Shown here in pieces: positions 38,131 through 50,897 of a DNA stretch of 64,000 bases. The notes below the pieces were generated by a model, which searched no databases, was not told where the DNA came from, and worked only from the letters and a program-made list of their open reading frames with translations. The position numbers were made by a program, and so were the translations under genes. The DNA comes from Dimorphilus gyrociliatus. Taxonomy: Eukaryota; Animalia; Annelida. The stretch lies in assembly GCA_904063045.1 (NCBI GenBank), contig CAJFCJ010000025.1:806001-870000 (forward strand), given 5' to 3'. Position 1 is the first letter of the stretch. Every line of letters begins with the position of its first letter.

Positions 38131-38324
38131 AAGAGATAGTAGGCGAAAGAGAGCGAGGGAGAGAGGGAGCGAGTAAGGAACAACGAGGGAGAGAAAAAAA
38201 ATTAAAAATATAGGCAGGAGAGGTAATAGGTACGGAGGAGAAAATGAGATTTATAGTAGAAGCGTTTTTATTTTAATCTATAAATAACCTCTATTTGTTT
38301 TCTTTTTCGTAGGCGGTCGATAAA

Positions 38325-39425
38325 ATGCCTCAAACGAAGAAGCAATCGTCGAATGCAAATGTGGACGAAGCATACTACCTTTTCTCAGCCGCAGCCTTAG
38401 GTCTTGTGCTAAATGCAGCCGTTTTAGCCTGTCTGCTGGCTAAGCGCCAACTCCGACGGATGACTTCGGCATTCGTCATGCACAATTGTCTATTGGATCT
38501 AATTAAGAGCGCCTACTGCGTCCCATTTGCTCACAGCCTACTCAAAGACGTTGCTCCAAGTTTCTGCACGGCTTTGGGCGGTTCTTACGTCGTCATAGTA
38601 ACTGCTTCTGGATTTAATATGGTCGCAATGATTTGTTGTGAAGCATATACTTTCGGTGACAAACAGCGCGAAGGATTCGGGAGAGAAGCGACGGGTTCGC
38701 TTTGTTGTGTTGTCTTTGGTATAGTTATGGTCTACATTGGTAGCATAATTATCCATTTGGGACCTACGATTATCGGAGGCAACTTTAATTATAATAAATT
38801 GATTGGAAACTGCATTTTCGTGTATGGACCTATCAAGTCCTACGTCGTTCACGCCATGTGGATAGCCATTATGACATTAGCCATGATAGCTGCCGTCTAT
38901 TATCTGCTCTTCTTCTATAGACATTTGCACGCCAGCGCCATCTGTGACACTAGGCAATCGCGTGATACTGTACAGGAGTCATTATCGAGAGCAAGAGTTC
39001 TCATTACAATCACCGCTTTGTTTATTTTCTGTTGGTATCCGTTATTTATACTAACATTGGTCGATCCAACTTTTAATCAGCCTACAAGAATATATAAATT
39101 ATTGACTTTCGTCGCCTGGTCGCACTCGTCCCTCAATCCAGTTATTTTCCTATTATTTGATAGAAGAATCGATTCATGTCGGAAAATGTGTTGTTCTTGC
39201 GGATGCAGGCAGGTTCCTAGTCCAATGCAAGTTCCACCATCCCTCCGATTAGCACCGCCCACTGTACAAGTAACACAAATGTATCAAAGAGTTGGCTGTC
39301 GATTATGTCAGCAAGGAAGAACTCATTCAGAGCGAATGTGTAACGGTTCTATGCAGAAAACCAATTCCGATAACTTACCAAGTGTTGTTAGGGATAGATC
39401 ATTTTGTCAGTTGCATGATTTATGA
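38325..39425 (+). CDS. Orphan class A (rhodopsin-like) GPCR, single coding exon, 366 aa; possibly SREB/GPR85-related
   Basis: Seven hydrophobic segments; TM1 GLVLN, TM2 LLDLI...CVPF, ECL2 Cys (GNCIF), TM6 FIFCWYP, TM7 SSLNPVIF; Cys-rich tail; splice acceptor ttttcgtag just upstream of the ATG. Confidence 0.9.
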   Translation: MPQTKKQSSNANVDEAYYLFSAAALGLVLNAAVLACLLAKRQLRRMTSAFVMHNCLLDLIKSAYCVPFAHSLLKDVAPSFCTALGGSYVVIVTASGFNMVAMICCEAYTFGDKQREGFGREATGSLCCVVFGIVMVYIGSIIIHLGPTIIGGNFNYNKLIGNCIFVYGPIKSYVVHAMWIAIMTLAMIAAVYYLLFFYRHLHASAICDTRQSRDTVQESLSRARVLITITALFIFCWYPLFILTLVDPTFNQPTRIYKLLTFVAWSHSSLNPVIFLLFDRRIDSCRKMCCSCGCRQVPSPMQVPPSLRLAPPTVQVTQMYQRVGCRLCQQGRTHSERMCNGSMQKTNSDNLPSVVRDRSFCQLHDL

Positions 39426-40611
39426 TTTATATACGCAATTTAATTATGAAATATATATCTCTCTATATATAATTTTATATATTTTGTATTATGAAAAAGT
39501 TGTCTATATAAACATTTGGTGAACGTTTAAAGCACATAGGTACAATAGTACTTATGGTGTATATAGCAGTCTATACAGTATATACTGTACTGTTAAATGC
39601 ATATAAAATTATTATCGACTCTTTATTACAAAAAGGAAAAGCTTTCCTTTTTGCGAAATCGAATCATTCTAAACAAAGTTGATATATATAAATATAACAG
39701 AAAAAGAGAATAATAATAAAAGTGATTCAGTGGATATATATATATATAAATTTATATATCTTACTATATAAAATAGAGGTAGGAAAGGAATAAATTTAAT
39801 ACAAAAAGCAAGACGGAAAAGGGGTACTCTGATTCCATAGTCAGATGGCAATAAAACGATAAAAATATGCCAATTTAGGCATCAACCGACTAATGATAAG
39901 GATAATCAACACCTCTCAATAAATTTATGTTTATCCATTTATTCCATTTATATTCCATTTTAAAATGTCAATAAATTCGCTCTTTTAACTAAAACAAACA
40001 ACATAAAAATTGTCCTTGTTTTTTTTTTTAGTTATTTTATTTTTATTTTACGTTTATTAATTTGACTTTCTTCTCCAACTATATAAAATATTTCCAAGAG
40101 TTATAAATGTCCCTTGAATGTCTACTTCTTACGATATCCGATAGATGGCATACGAGAGAAGAAAAGTTGGCTGTTGAAAAAGTTCACCTTCCAGTCTCTT
40201 TTCATTGGTGTTGAAATGCAAAAGAACCCTATATATTATAAACATATAGCTGGAGACAAAAGAATAAGTCAGAAAGGACAAAGTGCGCCCTAAAAGTCAA
40301 TAATACAACAACCTATTTACAATAAACCGTAAACTTGCAAATGGAATAGAAACTGTAAAGTGCAGTCCGATGTCGATTCCTTTCAAGTATTGTGATGGAG
40401 CAAGTGATTAACTCTGCTCTTTTTTTATCAATATGCAAAACACTCCAGTTCGAAAGCGATCTGGCTAATGTATGCTTATGTTTGATTTATGCTGATTAAC
40501 TGCTTTTCGATTTTCGTTCCTACGCTACTTTAATATCCGCAACGCTTAATGATAGGCCAATTTTGCAACTGCACTGGAGAAGAAAAAACGAAGAAAGTAG
40601 AAGTTGTTGAG

Positions 40612-40797
40612 ATGGCAAACGCAGATCAAAACATTAATTCCGATGATGATTCGGCAGTAAAAGGTTTGAGAAACTTTCTTTTAGAGTATTTTTATTTATT
40701 TTACCTTAACTTTTTGTCTTTTAATATTTTTTTATCAACTTTTCTTTGTTTTATATTTTGCCTTTATAAAAGATAAGGCGAAAGTTTCATTTTTAAT

Positions 40798-40848
<51 letters not shown>

Positions 40849-40890
40849 TGAATATACTGTATTTATATTAGTACAAATATTATATATACA

Positions 40891-40932
<42 letters not shown>

Positions 40933-43900
40933 ATTTAAGAATTCATTCTTTCCTTTATGCCCTTTTTTTCTTTATTGCAAAAACAAAAAGAGACGGAAAA
41001 CTTTTTTCAACCTTTCCTTTTCTTTTCTATTGCTTTTTCTTTCTTTTCCATTTTCTATTATTTCATTTAAATCAATCTATGAGCTAAAGGAGATGATAAT
41101 AAGAAAGTGAGCTTTGCATATAAATATATACTGTATATCTCTATATATATTGATGAAATCATATTGTCTCTCAAATTATTCTTGAATGTATCATAAACAA
41201 GATTTTAATGATTTTAAAGTTAATTTCATTTCAATTTCCTCTCCTCTACTTTAATATCGTTATTGTTTGATCCGAGTTTTTATCCTAGTCTATAATTTTT
41301 TTAAAGAGTAATTAGGTTTCGGAAATTAGAATTATTTGTGTTTAATTTCAAAAATCTTCATGAAAAAATGAACTAGAGAAATTCTTTAGTTTGTCTCTTA
41401 AAGGAGAGAGAGAGAGAGAGAGAAAAGTTAGACACTCCGATAGTTATTTACATAGATACACATATCAAAAAAAGTAAAGGAGAGAAAAAAGAAGGAAAAT
41501 CAGTTGGACTAAGGAAGAAAAAAGTCTTAAAACAATATAAGACAAATATAAGAAAAACACAAGAAAAGGGAATTAAGGAGATATCTAAAAAGAGAGAGAG
41601 AGAGGAAATAAAAAAAAATAGTGACCGGAGAGCGAGAACAGGAGACAAAGGTTATGAGAAAGGATTAGATTAACAAGGAAAATTATTTAAACTTTTTCTA
41701 ATCGATCTTTTATTCAGAAGCTTTAATGAAAAACACGATTTCCATGAAATTTGATGCAATTTTAAGCTCGATTTGATATTGATTTTTTCGATTTATAATT
41801 TTTTTAATATAGTTCTTTCTTTGGCTCTTGCGTGCAGTTTGCGGCCTGAAATAAAAGAGTAACAAAAACTACCATTTATTATTTTAATAATGGATTAGAG
41901 CAAGGTCAAGTCCAAGTTGAATTTACAGAAAAACTCGTCGCCAACCCGGACCCAGAGTTGGAAGGAGAAGAGGTTGAAGAAAGAGAAACATGGGGCAAAA
42001 AGGTGGACTTTCTTCTCTCAGTAATCGGCTTTGCGGTCGACTTGGCGAACGTTTGGCGGTTTCCATATTTGTGCTACAAGAATGGCGGAGGTAAATGATT
42101 ATTTGTCACGATATTTCGTCTCGATATAATTGGTAAAGGTTCGATACGGTCGTGATTTTCTTTATAGCTTACCAACGTGATTGAAGGGTTGACTGATTAA
42201 GTACTATGATAAATGAATATTTGATAGGTTGTTGTTCTAGAATCGGCGGGTAGGGAAGCTAAACTTACAGCATCAGCTTAGAAAACCAAATAAACAAAGT
42301 CGAATAATAGGAAACCCTCTTTATAAGACTTATTCAATTTACTTTCAACACTTTTACTTATATTATCTCAAAAAATGTTTCCGGTCGGCAAAGTATGAAT
42401 GTAAAACTTGTTAATCTCACACCAGGTGCTTTTCTGATACCCTACGTTCTCATGCTTTTACTCGGAGGCATACCATTGTTCTACATGGAATTGGCATTGG
42501 GCCAATTCAATAGGAAAGGGGCCATTACATGCTGGGGTCGTATATGTCCGCTTTTCAAAGGAGTCGGCTATTCTGTCGTTCTGATTGCCTTCTACACCGA
42601 CTTCTTTTACAATGTAATCATTGCTTGGTCTCTATACTATTTTGTTTCGTCCTTTACCGGAACTCTGCCCTGGGTTCGGTGTAACAATACCTGGAATACT
42701 AAAAATTGTTACGATGGCCATTTGATTGGAGAGGAAAGTGGCAATATTACGACCACATCACCTTTATATAGTACTACTCTTTTTAATCAGTCCAATCTGT
42801 TAAATCAGACCGAAGTGCCGCGTATTTCCCCGGCTCAGGAATTTTTCGAGTATGCTAATTTCTACTTTTCCCTTTATATTAGTATGTTTTAATATTCATA
42901 CTATCCCATTCAATATCAATTCCTCTTTTTCAATTGTTTTTAATCATTTTTTTAACTTTTCTTCCTTCCTTTAGTCGGCATATGTTGGAACTTGACAAGG
43001 CTGATGGTATCACAAATCTCGGAAACATAAAATGGGAATTAGCTCTCTGCTTACTAGCGGTTTACGTCATTTGTTATTTTTCTCTATGGAAAGGTATTTC
43101 AACATCTGGAAAAGTTGTATGGTTTACAGCAATATTTCCATATTTCGTTCTCTTAACCTTATTAATTAGAGGTATCACTCTACCTGGAGCTGGAGATGGA
43201 ATAAGGTACTATCTAACACCGGATTTTTCACGGTTGAAAAGTTCAGTCGTCTGGGTTGATGCAGCAACGCAAGTATTCTTTTCGTTAGGACCTGGATTCG
43301 GTGTCCTCTTGGCATTTGCTTCTTATAATAAATTCCATAATAACGTCTACGCTGATGCTCTGGCAACAAGCATTATCAATTGCGCTACAAGCTTCTTATC
43401 GGGGTTTGTCATATTTTCTGTTCTAGGCTATATGGCTCAGAAAACTCATAAGCCCATTAGTAAAGTAGCCACCGAAGGACCTGGCTTAGTATTCGTCGTT
43501 TATCCAGAGGCAATAGCAACGTTACCCGGATCAACATTTTGGTCCTTAATCTTCTTCCTTATGCTTCTAACGCTGGGATTAGATAGTTCGGTGAGTAGGC
43601 ACGGCTTGTCGTAGAACAAATTAAGTGTACGTACTACATCAAAAAGGGCTTTACTAACCTAGCAGAAGGAAAGAATGGGTTTAGGTAGTTTTGAAGAGTT
43701 TTATCGTTTTTAAATACCGGATAGAAAGAGGCTCTAATAAAGTTTATAACAAAGAGAATGATTCGATCCGATATTTTTGTTTTTATTGATAACATAACAA
43801 TATTACAAATAAATAAGCCAATGTTTATTAGGACAAGTACAGTGGAGAGTTTGATCAATCAAACTGCAATTGAGACTTATTGGAATTCAATATTGGCGAT

Positions 43901-44902
43901 TATTCGTTTTAATTATCATCTGATTGCGATTAAAGTGGTAAAGTGTTATTGAAAATTCGATAACTTTTAGCGTTTTGCAAGATCTACTTATCAATAAAGA
44001 CAAAAACCATCAAAAACCCTTTTCAAACTTCTTTTAGTCATTCTAGAGGGCGTTGTTTGTTCAAATTAAATAGAAATACTTGTTTTATTTCATATTTCAA
44101 TATTATCCTCTCTTCCATTTAAATTTGTAGTTTGGAGGATCCGAAGCTATAATTACGGCGATCAGCGACGAATATCCTATATTAAAAAAGCATAGGGAAA
44201 AATTTGTTGCTGGACTTTTCGTGTTTTACTTTGTCATTGGTTTACCTAGCTGTACGCAGGGGGGAGCTTATATGGTAACACTTTTTGATAAATATGCTGC
44301 TGGCTACTCAATTCTATTCGCTGTATTCTTTGAATCCTTGGCCGTCTCCTGGTTCTACGGAGTCGAGCGTTTCTCCGACGATATTAAAGATATGTTAGGA
44401 TTTAGGCCTGGTATTTATTGGAGAGTTTGCTGGAAGTTTATTGCTCCAGTGTTTATTATGGTAAATTGTTTATCTTTGCTTTGAAAACTATTTAATTGCC
44501 TCTTACGTTTATTCGAATAGTGTATCATGGTTTTTGGATTTGTTATGTACGAGCCTCTAGCCTACGATAAGAATTACATATACCCTGGATGGGCTAACGG
44601 AGTAGGATGGTGTCTAGCACTTTCATCTATATTATGTATGCCGGTAGTAGCATCGGTAAGGATGCTTATAACAAAGGGAAGTTTTATTGAGGTAAATATT
44701 AATTATAGTAAAGAGAAAAAAGAGCAAAATTAAGTAAATATGCAGCATATGAGAAAATATGAATATATATATATATATCTATGTATATTTTTAGAGAATT
44801 CAAACGCTCATAACTCCATGGAGAGATTCAAGAAAACTAAGAGTAGTTACAGATATGCAGAATTTGAGGGAAAATAATTTTAAGATGGGTGATTCTGTTT
44901 AG
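40612..44902 (+). CDS. DAT: SLC6 monoamine transporter, invertebrate dopamine-transporter type; 7 exons, about 620-630 aa
   Basis: Exons 40612-40663 (tentative), 41899 or 41929-42090, 42426-42849, 42975-43590, 44131-44460, 44521-44691, 44795-44902. [40 protein letters not shown] has the TM1 Asp of amine transporters; [14 protein letters not shown] and [10 protein letters not shown] match DAT rather than SERT (LGNVWRFPYICYQ). Confidence 0.9.
40799..40926. repeat. Interrupted (TA)n microsatellite in DAT intron 1
   Basis: Two long TA runs interrupted by TACTGA, TACTGTA and TACAGTA. Confidence 0.9.
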
Positions 44903-45523
44903 AAAATGAACGAGATGAAAAAGAGAAAAACAGAGAAAAATGAAAAAAAAAATCTTATAAACATATAAAGAAGAGAAAATACATATAGAGAAAGTATATT
45001 ACAATATATATACACAGTGTTTTAACCACTTTGCAATAGAGTCAATTTGCATACTGTATGGTAATTACATATATATATATATATATACATATATATACAT
45101 ACTGTATATATTTGAATATATCAAATATGTACTGTAGACAACCATATTTCAACATATATACTTATAACTGTATATATGATATTTATATATATTTATATAG
45201 TATATTGCATGCATTTTTGTATACTCATAGATAGATATATAGACGTATGTATAAATATTTATTTTAAGTATCTACAATATGTCTGTATGTTTATACAGTT
45301 TAATAGTCTGTTGCATGGTGAACTGGTGTATATATACGGTATATATTATAAGTAAATAAACGTCTAAGGCATGTAGGTAAATGTACGAAGACTGTATGAA
45401 TAGGAATAGGGCATTTTATATACAAATAATGTGTATATTTTCTATGAAATACGAGAATTAAAACATTTTGCTTTTAGTATTTGATAGTTGACGAATGTTG
45501 AAATATCTATGGTTTACATTCAT

Positions 45524-45526
<3 letters not shown>

Positions 45527-45563
<37 letters not shown>

Positions 45564-45572
45564 GTATATATA
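45527..45572. repeat. (TA)n microsatellite downstream of DAT
   Basis: Directly visible. Confidence 0.9.
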
Positions 45573-47920
45573 TAATAAGTTAAGTTAATTTATGCACTGT
45601 ATGTCGTGTATATTTGTTAAAAATTCATTCATAACAATGTCGTATTTTGTATGAAAAAACACGTTAAAAGTCTAAATACTTTGAATATGAAACTAATGGG
45701 CGAAATTCAGGCAATAAAATGTGACGCCGTAGTAATAATACTCTTATACTTATTAGCAAAAGACTAATTTAACAGTCTATAGGTAAATTAAATGATATTT
45801 TCAATAATCTCATTTGATATATCTGTTTGTTCCGTATAGTTTTCATTATTGATAAATTAAAATATAATATGCATATCGAGTGAGGATTAGAGGGAAAAAC
45901 ACGTATAACTAATTCATAGAAATGATGTTTATTTTAATAGAACAAAAACGGGAGAGTTTAATGAAATAATTAGAATTAAATTCAGTTTACATTCACAGTT
46001 GATTTGTTAAATTTTAACTTGTAAACTTAAGAAACTATTGCTTATTGTACTCGTATTAATACAAGTTACTGCCTGAATTCACCTATGTATCCCTATATAT
46101 CTATATATTTATCGAAAATTGAGATAATAATAAATAAATAATTCATTATATACTCAAAATATTCAATGCGAGACTTGCTTGTGTAGTATTAATTATATTA
46201 GTAAATATTATGGGTAATATTAACCAATACACTCATATTTATTTATTTATTAATTAAATATTTCTATAAGAGTGAAACCTCTTATTTCTTTCTTTTATGT
46301 AATCAACAAATCCCATTCCATTTCCTCTTCTCCTCCTACCTTCCCTCCCCCTGAAAAGAAACACTGTTCTTTTTACTTTCCTTTACGCATATATCAGTGA
46401 TTGAACGGCGTAACTTAAACAAATTTCATTTATTATATTGAAACTACTCTTTTCTTTTCGTTTAGGAAAAAGAAAGCTTTCTCTTTATTTTTCTTTTGAT
46501 TAGATGAATGATTCATCTATAAAAGATTCTCTTATATTGTATGTATATAGTGTACAGTATACTCCATTCTGTATTTTCAACATTTTCCTTCTCTGTCCGA
46601 AATGTTTCCCTTTCTCTTTTCTTCCACTCTTCTGCCTCATCAACTCTCCTTTTTCCAAATATTATCTATGTAAAAGTGATTGGTTATATCACGAACTACT
46701 AATTAATATAAGATCAATTAAGTTGGAAAAAAAATTACTTGGTATCAGGCGGGATTATAATCTAATTATTCAATTAACTTCCGGTTTTGTTTGGTGGAAT
46801 TCTCTATTGGATAAAATCACGCAGAAAAAAAAAAAGAAAAAGTTTCTGTCATTGTCGAACTCAATAAAGAAGTAATTATTATTGCAATTGTTACTTTCTT
46901 ACCTTTATGAATATTCATAACTTATAATTAAAAATTAATTTCTTATCAATAGAATTCCGTTTTATTTCTCTTCTTTTTTATCGGAAAGTGTTTAGCTAAT
47001 TATATGACGGTTTTATTAATGAATTAAAATCTTTTATTAAAACGATTACATCATTAATTCAAAGCAATTACAGTAATAATTTTCATTCGTTTGTTAGATT
47101 TTTAAAAGGACATAACAGAAAATGGAAATAAAAAAAAAATCTATATAAACTTAATGAATATTCATTAATTCATCTGAACGAATGTATGAACTTGTTTTTT
47201 TTATTTACGATCTATTAGATCGGTCATAGTTGTCATAAAGAGAGCTGTTATTTTTTGTCTTTTACTTTTTTTTTGCGGTTGTATTACTGCACATTTAGTA
47301 ACGCCATCTAGAGGTGTTCATCCAAAATAAATTGTATGGCTTGAAATATAAAATAAAAAAAGGAGAGAGAGCGACAGAGAGAGACAGAGACAGAAAAAGT
47401 TATTAAGAAAAGAAAATTGTGAAAATAAACAGATATACTGTAGATATATAGAAGGAAGGAGAATTGAGAATTTTCAGAAATATATATTCAAATATTAATA
47501 ATTGACAATACGGAACCTGTATACTTTTATCAGGATTTCCTATTAGTAAGGAAGTCTTAAACATAATCCACGGAAGAGGGAGACTTGTCATTTCAGACTT
47601 GGAAAAGACTAGTGGATCATAAGCGCACAGAATTTTGAAGCTTGAAAACAGAGAACGTGAGAAGAGTAATATTATTACTATTATATTATTTAATAAACTA
47701 ACAACTGAAAATACGTATGTAACTTTACCAACTTACTTCGTTATTAAATAACGTAGAAGATAGTAGAGGAAAAACTGTCGCCTATTACCGTAATACCATT
47801 AAGAATTTCTTCTATTGTATTGAATATTTTCAACTTCATTTCACTAATATTCTAAACATTTCTCACATTTTTATTCTTTCTTCATTTAGCTTTCAGACAA
47901 CACAAGAAAAAGAGAAAATT

Positions 47921-48974
47921 ATGAGAAATTACAACTTAAATCTAACTTTGATTACCAGCAAAATAGCCATTTTCGATTTTATTTCAGCATTTAATATGTG
48001 GATTGTAATTCTTATTATACCAATAATAAGTGTCCTTGGTGTAATAGGTAATTCTTTCCTTCTTGTTCATCATATAAAAGATGTAAGAAGCATAAAGTTT
48101 TCTTTGTATATTTTCCTCTTGTATTATGTATTACAAATATTCAATTGTCTCTGGGTTTTAATTTTGCCTCTTGCCTTAAAACATTCCGCATTTGATATTA
48201 CTATTAATCTAACCTCAAAGCAAATTATTTCAATATCAAATCCATTTCTTTGGGATCTTTTCTTTTCATTTACATTATTCTCTATTAATTTTATTGCATG
48301 TCAATTAGCTTTAATAGCTTTTGATAGATATATAACCGTTTTTCTACCCTTTAAGCATGAAAAGTTTAAAGCTCCTATACTTTTACTTCTATTTATTTCA
48401 TTAGCTCTGTCTATCATTACGGGTATTGTTCACAAACCTCTATGTACAAAATGCTTTTCAGTTATAACACTGACTGTTGTATTAAGTTTTAGCGCAATTG
48501 TTCAAATAGTACTATATCTCTTAATTAGTTTAAGGATTAGCAAAGTTAGACGAATTATTCAGCAAGAAGGTAGCGATTCTCAAACTATTGAGAGTAAGTG
48601 TTTGTTTATTTTTTCCTTTTATATTAATTAACTAATTGGCAATCTACAATCATTGTTATTGCTCTTGGCCTACTTCTGAAATTATAATATGTTTTCTTAT
48701 TACAGATTCTAATAATACGGGAATATCGATGAGAAATATAAAGATTATCAAAACTATTGCCCTAACTTCACTTTTGTTTACGCTTAGTTCCTTAGTAAAC
48801 GTATTAGCATTTCTAAATATCATATCTTACAGATTTCTGTACTTGTACGCTATTGGTCATATGAATTCTATATGGAGTTCAATTGTATATTTTGCTTTGC
48901 ACGCTGCGTTTCGACAGTTCGTTTCTAATGTACTAAAAAGAGGCTGTTGTATTCTTTGTCCTATATCAAAATAA
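47921..48974 (+). CDS. Divergent class A GPCR, tandem copy A (2 exons: 47921-48593, 48706-48974)
   Basis: GVIGN (TM1), ALIAFDRYITV (DRY), phase-1 GT-AG intron in ICL3, TM7 GHMNSIWSSIVY, helix 8 FRQFV, Cys-containing tail. Confidence 0.8.
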
Positions 48975-49430
48975 TTATAAAAAATATATGTGGAACGTGA
49001 AAAATATTCAATAAACCCTATACAATGTATAGTACGTGATGTTGGAGAAAATAAAAGAAATGGGAGGTACGAGACAAATCAACAAGAAGGAGAAGTAGGA
49101 GGAATAGGGGAAGCGGGAACAAAAGATACGTAAATCAAGACCAATCAGTCAAAGAGATATTTTCTATTACAAGAAGAATGATTAGAATAGCAGCAGCTTA
49201 GAAAAAGTAATGTATTATAACTAAGGTTTTTACAGCAAATGTAGTAGTAACTTTATTCACCTTTGATTTTGCCTTGGTTAATATCAAGCAATTTTAGTAT
49301 TTTCTTTGTAATTTAATTAGTTATTTATGTATCATATAGCCGTTTTCTATAATATTAAAAGCATAAGAAACTTTCTCTCCTTCGCTATTCCTTGTATTCA
49401 TTTTAAGTTTAAAGGCGAGTCTCTTTCGCC

Positions 49431-49433
<3 letters not shown>

Positions 49434-49464
<31 letters not shown>
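49434..49464. repeat. (CT)n microsatellite just upstream of GPCR copy B
   Basis: Directly visible. Confidence 0.9.
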
Positions 49465-49468
<4 letters not shown>

Positions 49469-49528
49469 GGTCACTTTACTCTGTGCTTTTGTTAATCTAA
49501 AGCTTCATTCTTCATCTCTGCGTTTATC

Positions 49529-50606
49529 ATGGAAGCTTTTAATGGAAATATTACTAGAATAATTACTTCAATAGTACCAGTTTCAACTCTTTATAATGCT
49601 ATAGAAAAATGGTGTATTTTTATTCTGTGTCCATTTTTTGGAAGTGTTGGTCTTATCAGCAATATATTGGTATTTATATTCCATTTACGCAAAGCTCGAA
49701 AAAATACCGGAATATCTTTAAAACTATTAATAAATTATTCATTTATTAAAATTGTAATGTGTCTTACGCTTATAAGTTCAGTACCAGTTATTCATTACGC
49801 GTCGTTGGAGATGAGCATTGATATTGTTGAGAAAAGAGTGGTCTCTTTAACGTTTTATGGTCCCTTCCTGTTCTTCCTATCCTTTACGTTGTTTTGCGTT
49901 ATATTCGTTGCTGTTCTATTAGCTTTCATATCGTTTGACCGATGTCTTAGTATGTTCTTTCTATTAAAAGAGAATAGAAGAACAGTAAACTTTTTAATAT
50001 GGGTAGTCTTTTTATTATTATTTGTAGTAAGTATAGTTACTAGCTACTATGGTAATCAAATGTGTCTTTCCTATTGTGTTACAAATATTACGACAGTTGT
50101 TATCTATCTGTCGAGTGTTTTCTTTCAAATAGCGTTCTACACGATTATTTCTATACGATTAATAAAAGGAAACAGGAATCTTGGCCATCCAAAAGTGAAG
50201 CCAACTAATATCGTCTCTTCATCAACATCGACTAATAAATCTCAAAATGCTTCACAAATTCCACATATAGGTAACAATTAAGAGAATTACTATTTTAATT
50301 AGTCTCTACTCTTTGATTGACCTATTTGATAAATCTCATTATAACACTTTTACAGCAAAGAAGAAACACATAAGTAATAGAAATATTCGAATGATAAAAT
50401 GTATGATACTAATTTCTGCACTCTCTCTTGCAAGCTTCACGCCGAGTTGTTTAATCCTTTTAAGACTTGTTACAATTGGAAGAGTTATTGGTCATTTTAT
50501 AGCCTATTTTAATTCAATATGGAATCCAATAGTGTTCTATGTATTCAATTATGAATTTCGTCATTTTGTTCAAAGTATATTTAACAGGTTTTGTATTTGT
50601 ACTTGA
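49529..50606 (+). CDS. Divergent class A GPCR, tandem copy B (2 exons: 49529-50270, 50356-50606)
   Basis: GLISN (TM1), AFISFDRCLSM (DRC), phase-1 intron in ICL3, TM7 YFNSIWNPIVFY, helix 8 FRHFV. Confidence 0.8.
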
Positions 50607-50897
50607 ATGTTTATAATTGTCATACAGCATTTGTATATAAATACTAATACAGTATATGAAATATTACATAAAATAATATATATTGCTGTATTTATATGAT
50701 GAATATGCATAAGCTAATATAATAATAAAGAGATGAGAATAAAATGAATTTTATAATTATCGTACGAGAGGAAAGAAAGAATTATAAAATGATTCTCTGA
50801 TAAGAAATAACGATAAAACGATTCTTAACTACGTACAGATAAGAGAGTGCTTTTAAACGATCATTTTTACCTATTGACTAGCGATTAATAAGTAAGA

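Noticed and set aside
39631-39651. AAAAGGAAA-AGC-TTTCCTTTT inverted repeat after the GPCR
   Set aside because: Low-complexity 9-bp stem that does not match the histone stem-loop; rho-independent terminators are not relevant here.
41847-41849. In-frame TGA upstream of DAT exon 2 (possible readthrough or selenocysteine)
   Set aside because: It falls in the intron once the acceptor at 41899 or 41929 is used.
46777-46785. Perfect ETS site ACTTCCGGT downstream of DAT (dopaminergic terminal-selector idea)
   Set aside because: A single short match 1.9 kb past the stop codon; expected by chance.
47600-47620. TGGAAAAGACTAGTGGATCAT, resembling miR-7
   Set aside because: The seed has two extra A's, the 3' part diverges, and I see no complementary star arm.
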